From positions 124,001-188,000 of IMG/VR virus record IMGVR_UViG_3300032294_002797: DNA of 64,000 bases. One strand, given 5' to 3'. Positions 56,662 through 64,000 of this stretch are shown piece after piece; the stretch's first letter is position 1; each line of letters starts with the position of its first letter. The position numbers were made by a program, and so were the translations under genes. The notes beneath the pieces were generated by a model. That model had not been told where the DNA came from. It saw only the letters and a program-made list of their open reading frames with translations, and did not search any database.

Positions 56662-56671
56662 TTAATACACC
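56662..56671 (-). promoter_or_regulatory. Putative phage promoter motif GGTGTATTAA
   Basis: Intergenic, about 21 nt upstream of the ATG at 56640. Confidence 0.5.
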
Positions 56672-56694
56672 AATAAAATAACTGAATTTGACCA

Positions 56695-57765
56695 CTAAAT
56701 GTGGTTTTTTAAACAGTCTATGGTGCTGGACCAGCTAAGTTTTTTAGCAGTTTCTAAGCCATTGCTATTTGTTCTGATATTATTCTTATACACGTGTTGC
56801 ATATAACCTATAGTCTGATCTATTTGTGATTGTCCTAATTTCGCCCAATTTCCATTACCAAAAAACCATTTATTATCTATCGCAGGTTCTTTATCTTCGA
56901 TTTGCACAAGATAACTATTGTTTTCATTACAATATTCTGTATGAGCAGAATAATTCGATGCTATAACAGGTTTATTCATAGCCATAGTTTCTAATAATTC
57001 CATATTCCAGCCTTCTCCTCTGGAGATATAGACACCACAATCTGTATAAGAAATAATTTTTGCTACATCTTTTTGTGATGGTACTCTAGGGAAAATTTTA
57101 ATTTTATCTTTTAGTTTGCATTCCATGACTTTGGTAATCCAGACATTTTCTTCTTCAGGAGTAAGAAAGCCGTTATGAGTCAACATCCATAATTCTACAT
57201 TATCATTTGTATTAAAAGCTTTATTAAAACAATCTATAATAGTATCATGTGCTTTTCTTTTTTCCCATTTTCCTATAGTAATAAAAATGTATTTATCTCG
57301 TGGTATGGCTTGATGAGTATTTAGAGCGTTGTCAAAAATAGATCTATCTACTCCTAGTTTTACTATATCAATTTTAGTTTTAATATCATTATCTATCAAT
57401 ACTTGTTTGGCCCAAGATGAGGAAACTATGATTTGATCTGGAAAATTTAGATTAATTTTATCTTTATTAGACAGAGAATCCGTCTCAAAAAATGGCATAG
57501 CCATATATTTCCCCTTGCCTATACGAGACATAAGATCAAACTGGTGCCATATTTTCAGACATGTTGCATTGTATTCTATACTGTCTAGGTTAGACATATA
57601 TTTTTTTACAATGGACGCATCGTCTTCATGATCTATACTAGGATTTCCTATGGGGTATAAGCCAATATTATCTAAATTATGATCTATATAAAATCCCTTA
57701 AGAATATTTAACCCGACATAACCATATCCAGTATATCCTATTGGACTCATAATTGTAGTTTGCAT
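56695..57765 (-). CDS. Glycosyltransferase family 4-like
   Basis: IGKWEKRKAHD, SRGEGWNMELLETMAMNKPVIASNYSAH. Confidence 0.88.
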   Translation of the reverse strand: MQTTIMSPIGYTGYGYVGLNILKGFYIDHNLDNIGLYPIGNPSIDHEDDASIVKKYMSNLDSIEYNATCLKIWHQFDLMSRIGKGKYMAMPFFETDSLSNKDKINLNFPDQIIVSSSWAKQVLIDNDIKTKIDIVKLGVDRSIFDNALNTHQAIPRDKYIFITIGKWEKRKAHDTIIDCFNKAFNTNDNVELWMLTHNGFLTPEEENVWITKVMECKLKDKIKIFPRVPSQKDVAKIISYTDCGVYISRGEGWNMELLETMAMNKPVIASNYSAHTEYCNENNSYLVQIEDKEPAIDNKWFFGNGNWAKLGQSQIDQTIGYMQHVYKNNIRTNSNGLETAKKLSWSSTIDCLKNHI

Positions 57766-57771
57766 AGTAAC

Positions 57772-58896
57772 TTATATTCCTAATAATGGATTTTTATTAT
57801 TGTGTATTGTATTCGCTTTACAAAATTGGCTGCACTTTGACATGTATTTAATCTGAGAAGCCCCTATGTAACAACAGCAGGAGCGTATGCCTCCTAACAG
57901 TTCTTGTATTACTTTGTCTAAAGAACCTTTATATTTAACTATTATTTTTGTGCCTTCACTTGCTCTATACTCTTTCACTGTATCTTCGTATAGTTGTTGA
58001 GAGTGGTGTGTGCTCATACCATAATAAGAAAATTTAACTTTACGTTTTTCTGTTGGGTATCCAGGATCATTTGGTTGATAAAAATTGCCATGACGAACTA
58101 GATATTCATATTCCCATTCTCCGTCGCACGGATCACTTCCAGCAAAATAACCACCCAACATAACAAAATCTGCCCCAGCACATAGAGCCTTAGAAACATC
58201 TCCAGAAGTCTTATGTCCTCCATCAGAAACGATTAAGCCGAGTTTCTTGGGTCCATTTTGAAGACCATGAGCGACATAAGCATTTTCTAAACAGGCGGAT
58301 AACTGAGGCATTCCGCAGCCGGTTAGGAATCTTGTGGTACAGGCCGATCCCCCGCCTATTCCGACTTTTACTATGTCTACGCCGCCATAAATCAAAAGTT
58401 CTTGAGTAGATGATGTATTAGTGACATTTCCTGCAATAATAATTGATTCTGGAAAATGCTCTCTAACCTTATGACAATACTTAACAAAAACATCCATATG
58501 ACCATTGGGAACATCAATGCAGATATTTGGTTGTTTGCCTAGTTTTTGTTTAAGTTCTAGCAAATGAGCTAGGTCACTCTTTTTATATCCTATAGATACG
58601 AAAGTATAGTCAATATTGTTCGGATGTTTTATAAAATAATTTACTAATTCATCTACACTATGGTATTTATGTAAACATGCTATTATCTTATGATTAGCTA
58701 AGTCTTTAGCCATATCAAAACTACAAAAACTCATATTAGCACACATGATAGGTATACCAGTCCAAGTTCTTGGACTATGGTAAAAACTAAATGTTCTTTC
58801 TAAATGAATTTCTGATCGACTAGTTAGAGTGGATCGTTGAGGTACTATAAGAATATCATCAAAATCCAATTTGGTTTCATCAATAATTTTTTGCAT
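57772..58896 (-). CDS. guaC: GMP reductase
   Basis: LDFDDILIVP, IDVPNGH, AGNV, KVGIGGGSACTTR, SDGG, RASEG. Confidence 0.92.
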   Translation of the reverse strand: MQKIIDETKLDFDDILIVPQRSTLTSRSEIHLERTFSFYHSPRTWTGIPIMCANMSFCSFDMAKDLANHKIIACLHKYHSVDELVNYFIKHPNNIDYTFVSIGYKKSDLAHLLELKQKLGKQPNICIDVPNGHMDVFVKYCHKVREHFPESIIIAGNVTNTSSTQELLIYGGVDIVKVGIGGGSACTTRFLTGCGMPQLSACLENAYVAHGLQNGPKKLGLIVSDGGHKTSGDVSKALCAGADFVMLGGYFAGSDPCDGEWEYEYLVRHGNFYQPNDPGYPTEKRKVKFSYYGMSTHHSQQLYEDTVKEYRASEGTKIIVKYKGSLDKVIQELLGGIRSCCCYIGASQIKYMSKCSQFCKANTIHNNKNPLLGI

Positions 58897-58902
58897 ATAA
58901 TA

Positions 58903-59382
58903 TTACTTATCTTCCTTGTGAATAGTATTCTTTCCTTCTGGAAATTGATATAATACTCCGTAACTTATAAAAATTTCTTGGTTTTCTCGTATTGGTTGAG
59001 TTGCTTTACATCTACCTATAAGTTGTGTGTAATCTATTACAATCTCTGCATTGGGGTCGTCTTGATGATTATATATTCCTCCATACCCTAATCTTAGACA
59101 TAAAACTTCTCCGTGTCTTTTGCATTCCTCACACTCGCATTTTTTTGCAACAGAGTACTCTAGGACTCTGGTATCTCCTTGGTAATGTGTGCGGAAATAC
59201 AACGGCACCAAAGGAAATATTTCTATCACATCGCCTATAGAAAAATTTTTCTTTGCAAAAACCCCTATACCATGAACATCCGAAGCTTTAACATAAACTA
59301 ATTCTGAGGAGCATGCTATTTCAGGTAGTTTTGTAGACTCTGGTATATTTGGTATGGCTTTGGTTTTTGTTGTATCTAGCAT
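58903..59382 (-). CDS. SET-domain protein
   Basis: HGIGVFA, YNHQDDPNA, EIFISYG. Confidence 0.88.
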   Translation of the reverse strand: MLDTTKTKAIPNIPESTKLPEIACSSELVYVKASDVHGIGVFAKKNFSIGDVIEIFPLVPLYFRTHYQGDTRVLEYSVAKKCECEECKRHGEVLCLRLGYGGIYNHQDDPNAEIVIDYTQLIGRCKATQPIRENQEIFISYGVLYQFPEGKNTIHKEDK

Positions 59383-59392
59383 TATGACTTCC

Positions 59393-59926
59393 TTATTTTA
59401 AGTTGAAAAAGCACCATCTTTTATTATGATAATCGGAATTAGTATTATTTATTTTATCTAGATATAGGATCATTTCATCCCAGTGACTAAAAATAAATTC
59501 ATGTGGCAATGTACCGAATAGCCAATCTGGCGCGTGATGTTTGCCTTGTTCCATCCTAACAAGAATCGGTTTTTTTTGTCTATTAGCCCAAAAAATTTCT
59601 TCCAAGGTTCCGCAAGGATGGGTATTGAGATCTAGATTAACTATCAAGAAATCACTGATATCCACCATCCTCAAATCTATAGATCTAATCTCTTTCATTA
59701 ATATAGATAATTCATCGAAAGACCCTTGCTCTTTAAGAGATTTCTTTTTTGCTACGACATTCTCATTTTCGACACCAGCACCTATAGGCTTATGTATAGG
59801 ATTAAGAACATGTACTCCATAACCTACTAATATGGGACTGATATAATCTCTCCATCCTACTCCTCTGTCGGGCACTCTGTCCATAGCACCAGCCAAGTAA
59901 CATCTTTGATTAGAAAGTTTATTCAT
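59393..59926 (-). CDS. Nucleoside 2-deoxyribosyltransferase-like protein
   Basis: YLAGAMD, DLRMVDISDFLIV, GTLEEIFWA..KKP. Confidence 0.8.
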   Translation of the reverse strand: MNKLSNQRCYLAGAMDRVPDRGVGWRDYISPILVGYGVHVLNPIHKPIGAGVENENVVAKKKSLKEQGSFDELSILMKEIRSIDLRMVDISDFLIVNLDLNTHPCGTLEEIFWANRQKKPILVRMEQGKHHAPDWLFGTLPHEFIFSHWDEMILYLDKINNTNSDYHNKRWCFFNLK

Positions 59927-59932
59927 GAAATA

Positions 59933-60124
59933 TTATTTTCCTAAGAAAAAATCTATCACTGATCTATCTGAATTCTTTACAGTTTTAAAATTTGGAGAAT
60001 ATAATTTTACTAAGCCGTCTATAAAACCACATATGATCATTAACAAAAAAGCAAAATAAAGCATATTTTTATTTCGAAGAGATAGGATTGTAAATAAATA
60101 CAGGAATGTCATTCCATATGTCAT
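59933..60124 (-). CDS. Small membrane protein (probable start MLYFAF)
   Basis: Hydrophobic LYFAFLLMIICGFIDGLV. Confidence 0.45.
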   Translation of the reverse strand: MTYGMTFLYLFTILSLRNKNMLYFAFLLMIICGFIDGLVKLYSPNFKTVKNSDRSVIDFFLGK

Positions 60125-60626
60125 GTATCAAACATTCGATAAATTTCCATTGACCACCAGCAAGTCCGCTGCCAAATTTGGGAGCATGAATCTCTACGGT
60201 TGATGTGTCTGATTGAGAATTAAGATTTTTAACAAGATGCTTGATATTTAACATACACATAGACAATGCTCCGTAATTTAATGGTCTTATATTTTGTTTA
60301 TTAATTAAACCATTTTGAGCAATCATATTAATTACTATCAATTCATGTCCATATTGTTTATTTTTCATGACTAATATATTTTGATTCTGACCAAGTACAG
60401 GCTTGCGTAAAAGATGAAAATTTTCTTTGACTATAGGAAATGTATGAGCAATAGCATCAGCAAATCCAGCCCCAAAAGCATTAACATTATTACATACATG
60501 AGGTATAATAACTGTCGCTCCTGTAGAAGCGGATTCTACTCGGTCTTTGGTTATGGTAAAGATATTTTTGTTTAGATAGTGCAGCTTAGAAGATGAATCG
60601 GTTTGAATGGTCATTTTTTGCTCCAT
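60069..60626 (-). CDS. Macrodomain (Poa1p-like ADP-ribose hydrolase)
   Basis: IPHVCNNVNAFGAGFA, INMIAQ, PKFGSGLAGGQW. Confidence 0.85.
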   Translation of the reverse strand: MEQKMTIQTDSSSKLHYLNKNIFTITKDRVESASTGATVIIPHVCNNVNAFGAGFADAIAHTFPIVKENFHLLRKPVLGQNQNILVMKNKQYGHELIVINMIAQNGLINKQNIRPLNYGALSMCMLNIKHLVKNLNSQSDTSTVEIHAPKFGSGLAGGQWKFIECLIHDIWNDIPVFIYNPISSK

Positions 60627-60859
60627 TTACCTAAAGGACATTCTTGATCCGCCCAGGCTAATTTATTTAAGAATACTTTCTTTCGATTCACATTACATCC
60701 ACAGACCATACAAGTAGAATCTTTTGTATTATACATGTCACATCCTCCTGAACAAATAGCAAATCGTTCAAAAATTTCTTGCTTAGAACACTTGGGAAAT
60801 CCTGCATAAATATGAAAAAACAAGGATTTCAAAAAAGTCTTAATTTTTAGTATGGTCAT
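60611..60859 (-). CDS. Small Cys-rich zinc-binding protein
   Basis: RFAICSGGC...CMVCGC...ECPLGKW. Confidence 0.7.
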   Translation of the reverse strand: MTILKIKTFLKSLFFHIYAGFPKCSKQEIFERFAICSGGCDMYNTKDSTCMVCGCNVNRKKVFLNKLAWADQECPLGKWSKK

Positions 60860-61085
60860 TGCTATTATCTTGTATTGGTATTATATTCTTATCTTTATCA
60901 ATATAATAAATTTCTGTAGATTCTACCGTAGTGTTTTCTGGTAGCCATATTCCGGCTCCGCTAGTTATGTTGATAGCATAACAATATTTATTTTTATCTC
61001 TAAACTTAAAGTCTATAGTCAAGACAAATATATTCTCTCTATAAAAGAATATGTTCCCGGGTTTTAGTTCCTCAAGATATTTCAT
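60840..61085 (-). CDS. Small hypothetical protein, probable paralogue of 1041..1226
   Basis: LEELKPGNIFFY...ITSG...TTVE. Confidence 0.6.
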   Translation of the reverse strand: MKYLEELKPGNIFFYRENIFVLTIDFKFRDKNKYCYAINITSGAGIWLPENTTVESTEIYYIDKDKNIIPIQDNSNDHTKN

Positions 61086-61257
61086 TCTCCCAGTCTTCCC
61101 AAAGTTCTTCTGCTCTTAGTTGTTGTTTTTTTTGTTTGAACTGTTTTTTAAGTTTATTGCGATCTTTAGATTCTACAATACCGTCATCTCTAGCATCGAG
61201 ATGCTTTTTCTTAAAACTGTCTCTTCTCTGAATTTTTCTATCGTTTTCTTCGTTCAT
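61072..61257 (-). CDS. Small highly charged hypothetical protein
   Basis: Lys/Arg-rich body, acidic tail EELWEDWENE. Confidence 0.55.
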   Translation of the reverse strand: MNEENDRKIQRRDSFKKKHLDARDDGIVESKDRNKLKKQFKQKKQQLRAEELWEDWENEIS

Positions 61258-61311
61258 ATCGATCTTTCATATAATTATACAACAACCGGGGAATGGGTCA
61301 AGAATCGTTTT

Positions 61312-62232
61312 TTACATAGTTGGTCTAATAATACCATTACCTTCGTATCTCCTTAATCCTCTATATTTAGCATTATTTAATGGCATAGTATTTTTTTTAA
61401 AATGATCTATGTATTCTTTTTGTTGAGGTTTTGCTAAGGGATCTTTTTTTCTCAATAAGGAAAGCCATAAAGCTGCACACCCCACAGCAAAAGGAGTAGA
61501 CATACTAGTACCAGACATTACGGCATAACTATTGCCTGGTGCTGCGCTAATAATATCTGCTCCTGGGGCTAGGAAATCCAAAGAATCACCAGTACAACTA
61601 AATTGACAAATATCTAGACTCCGATCAATTGCTCCTATACTTATAGTCTCATCATATTTAGCAGGAAAATTTATTTCATGTTTTAATCCACTATTACCGG
61701 CGGCACAAAAAATAATCACTCCCTTACCTGTAGCATATAGCAATGCTCTTTCAATGGCTAAAGAAGGATAAGTTGATCCAAGTGACATTGTTATTATATC
61801 TGCCCCATGATCTGTCGCCCATACTATAGCAGAACCGACGTTGTTATTGGAACCCATACCACTATCATCAAGTGCTTTTATAGGCATAATTTTAACTGAT
61901 GGAGCCACCCCTACTATTCCTCTATTATTATTGATAGCGGCGATAGTTCCTGCAACATGAGTTCCGTGTCCATTAACATCTATGGGATCTGTATTCGGTT
62001 GAATAATATTGTACCCGTCAACTAGATTATCTTTAATATCATCATGATTGATATCACAACCGGTATCTATTACAGCAACAGTAACTCCTACCCCATTTGT
62101 TTTAGACCAACATGTTGGAACATCGAATAATGATATAGACCAAGGGAATATTTGTCCTGCAGAAGCTGATAATCCGTATATAGGCTCTTTAATATGCGGT
62201 AACAGTCTACATTCTTTACGATTTCTATTCAT
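61312..62232 (-). CDS. Subtilisin-like serine protease (S8)
   Basis: VIDTG (Asp), HGTHVAG (His), GTSMSTP (Ser), AAGN oxyanion residue. Confidence 0.95.
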   Translation of the reverse strand: MNRNRKECRLLPHIKEPIYGLSASAGQIFPWSISLFDVPTCWSKTNGVGVTVAVIDTGCDINHDDIKDNLVDGYNIIQPNTDPIDVNGHGTHVAGTIAAINNNRGIVGVAPSVKIMPIKALDDSGMGSNNNVGSAIVWATDHGADIITMSLGSTYPSLAIERALLYATGKGVIIFCAAGNSGLKHEINFPAKYDETISIGAIDRSLDICQFSCTGDSLDFLAPGADIISAAPGNSYAVMSGTSMSTPFAVGCAALWLSLLRKKDPLAKPQQKEYIDHFKKNTMPLNNAKYRGLRRYEGNGIIRPTM

Positions 62233-63010
62233 GGGGAGACACTTTCTCTAATAGTTGTTTATTTGTATCAATCCAATCTATATAATAGCTGATTCTTGTG
62301 TGTCCACTCTCATCTCCATAATTAGAGTCTGTTAATCTATCTGAGGCAAATACGCACGAGTGAATACCAGCTAATTTTTTATCTATAAATAATCCACCTC
62401 CACTATCACCAGGAGTGATTAAACACTCTAATGAGGTTTTTGGTTTGTCATCATTAGTACAAATAAGTAAATGATTTTCTATCCTATTGATTATATTGGA
62501 GCCTGCTCTTTTTTTATTTGCTGGTATATTTTTATCAAACCCTGTAATAAAATTGCCGGGGGATCCGAAACCGGCCTGACTACTAACTTTTCCTACCTCG
62601 TTAGTCTCATTATAAAGATTAGGATAAAAATTAAGCTTAATAGGGATTTCTAATTTGCCGATTGCTATGTCATAAAAACCTATCTTTCCACGCAAAAATT
62701 TGTCATGTATTATAAAAGAAGAGCAGGGATAAATATTTTTATCAAATAAAACCATAGGCTTATCTGAACCATCCAAGATGTGTGCGGCGGTTAAAAAATA
62801 ATAATCTCCAATTAACACACAAGATCCACGATAAGGAGTATGTAATTCATCTTTATAATTACCGATTATAGATAATACGCATTCATGTTGCGCCCCATAA
62901 TTAAGATATTCATCGTCTGATCGCACAGGATCCATAGTAATACTATAACTAGTAGTACTATATAATAAAATAGAAATACAAATAATAATTTTTAAAATAT
63001 ATGTAAACAT
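62225..63010 (-). CDS. Trypsin-like serine protease (S1) with signal peptide
   Basis: LTAAH, YDIAI, PGDSGGG. Confidence 0.92.
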   Translation of the reverse strand: MFTYILKIIICISILLYSTTSYSITMDPVRSDDEYLNYGAQHECVLSIIGNYKDELHTPYRGSCVLIGDYYFLTAAHILDGSDKPMVLFDKNIYPCSSFIIHDKFLRGKIGFYDIAIGKLEIPIKLNFYPNLYNETNEVGKVSSQAGFGSPGNFITGFDKNIPANKKRAGSNIINRIENHLLICTNDDKPKTSLECLITPGDSGGGLFIDKKLAGIHSCVFASDRLTDSNYGDESGHTRISYYIDWIDTNKQLLEKVSPHE

Positions 63011-63321
63011 TATTTACTCTTTTTAAGCTTAGCATTATATGCTAGACTATCAGATACAATATCAGGATTCCAGCTTTTCCAGTTCATTAAGTGTCCAAAT
63101 ATAAAATGACAATATTTATCACAAAGAGTAATTAAATTATTAGAATCTAATTCTTTGTCACTATCTATATGAACAGGAATGATATGATGAACTTCTGGAT
63201 TTTTTTTCGAACCACAAGCCATGCAATTAGGATATATTTTTAGATGCTCGTTTCTGATAGATTTCCATTTAGGGGATCTATATGCTTCACGAATACGAGT
63301 ATTTAATGGCCAAATTCTCAT
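63010..63321 (-). CDS. Small HNH endonuclease
   Basis: CMACG...EVHHIIP...NLITLC...CH...GH. Confidence 0.85.
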   Translation of the reverse strand: MRIWPLNTRIREAYRSPKWKSIRNEHLKIYPNCMACGSKKNPEVHHIIPVHIDSDKELDSNNLITLCDKYCHFIFGHLMNWKSWNPDIVSDSLAYNAKLKKSK

Positions 63322-63325
63322 TGTA

Positions 63326-64000
63326 TTATAATGATGCGGCTATTAGGCATCCTTTAGCTACAGCGTGTAACGGATTAGTAGACATACTGATTTCGGATAT
63401 TGCTAGTGGAAAATTACATTCTGTTAATTTTTGAGATAAACTTTCTATATAACCATCGGCTTGGGAAGTGCCTCCAGCAACTATAATTTTAATTGGTTTT
63501 TTAAACTTAGGCAAAGATTTATGATTACTTAATGCATAAGATAACTGTTTTGCTGTATATTCAACCAATCTTTCATAGTATGATGACACCGCGTTTAAAA
63601 CCGGATTGTCATTGGGGTGTCCGACTTTAAATCCGCCCGCCTCCTTCTCGATCTGAACTACGCTATCGGGTTCCCCTGTGGCAACAGAACTCATTCTATC
63701 AATCCAATCGCCGGATTTTGTTGTGGAGAATACAACGGTGGGCTCGCCGTTTAACATAACACATACATTAGTCATCCCGGCACCACAACTTATACCAATA
63801 CCAGTATAATCATCTCTTTCTAATTCTGCATAACATAAAGCTTCGGCTTCGTTGATAGATTTAGCATCATATCCCACCTCTGATAGTATAGTTTTAACGA
63901 CATCTTCATGATATCCTACATCAAAATCATCATCTTCTTGATCTATCGGCTGTGCAGGAACGCAGAATACTAATTTTTCATTTGCTTCTGTGGCTTTTCC
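63326..64000 (-). CDS. Actin-fold (MreB/MamK/ParM-like) ATPase; 5' partial
   Basis: The frame stays open to the window end (GKATEANEKLVFCVPAQP...); NEAEAL (connect 1), GISCGAGMTNV (phosphate 2), IVAGGTS (adenosine), NPLHAVAKG (connect 2). Confidence 0.8.
   Translation of the reverse strand, partial: GKATEANEKLVFCVPAQPIDQEDDDFDVGYHEDVVKTILSEVGYDAKSINEAEALCYAELERDDYTGIGISCGAGMTNVCVMLNGEPTVVFSTTKSGDWIDRMSSVATGEPDSVVQIEKEAGGFKVGHPNDNPVLNAVSSYYERLVEYTAKQLSYALSNHKSLPKFKKPIKIIVAGGTSQADGYIESLSQKLTECNFPLAISEISMSTNPLHAVAKGCLIAASL

Noticed and set aside
1220-62653. Numerous 60-130 aa plus-strand ORFs in the track
   Set aside because: All are antisense to longer, motif-bearing minus-strand genes, with no recognisable domains.
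1-64000. Alternative genetic code or stop-codon reassignment
   Set aside because: Conserved proteins (RecA, DnaB, NrdA/B, GuaC, S8) are full length in the standard code, and TAA, TGA and TAG all end genes at tight junctions.
1-64000. tRNA, rRNA or structured ncRNA genes
   Set aside because: Intergenic gaps are under about 150 nt and I saw no cloverleaf or conserved RNA motif; a tRNAscan/Infernal run would be needed to fully exclude them.

Overview
This is a 64 kb, AT-rich, densely packed fragment of a large (jumbo-like) tailed bacteriophage genome. Every credible gene lies on the minus strand. Modules by coordinate: (1) replication and recombination, 1-12 kb: a DnaE polymerase split into two genes with a DnaQ-like exonuclease between the halves, plus a Cas4-like nuclease, dNMP kinase, primase, DnaB and RecA. 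(2) Nucleotide metabolism, 12-16.5 kb: PhoH, a MazG-like protein, a class Id-type RNR and dCMP deaminase. (3) A 10-gene nucleotide-sugar and glycosyltransferase cluster, 16.5-23 kb: ColD-like dehydratase, GT4, GT9-like genes (one split in two), TylF methyltransferase, split HldE-like kinase and nucleotidyltransferase, HAD phosphatase and cupin. (4) Virion, fibre and probable lysis genes, 23-51 kb: Mtd_N, LamG, beta-helix and HxH fibre proteins, a sulfotransferase, and active plus catalytically dead papain-like paralogues. (5) Accessory genes, 51-64 kb: degenerate DeoC, ClpP, sigma factor, PAP2, bacterioferritin, GT4, GuaC, SET, NDT-like, macrodomain, S8 and S1 proteases, HNH and an actin-like ATPase. 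The most notable signals are the split DnaE, a candidate virion-glycosylation system (sugar cluster, Ser-Gly-enriched fibre stalks, sulfotransferase), a GC-rich block inside one fibre gene, and a recurring RGTGTAT(W-rich) promoter-like motif. I saw no rRNA, tRNA, CRISPR array, integrase or reverse transcriptase. All annotations come from reading motifs by eye, without database searches.
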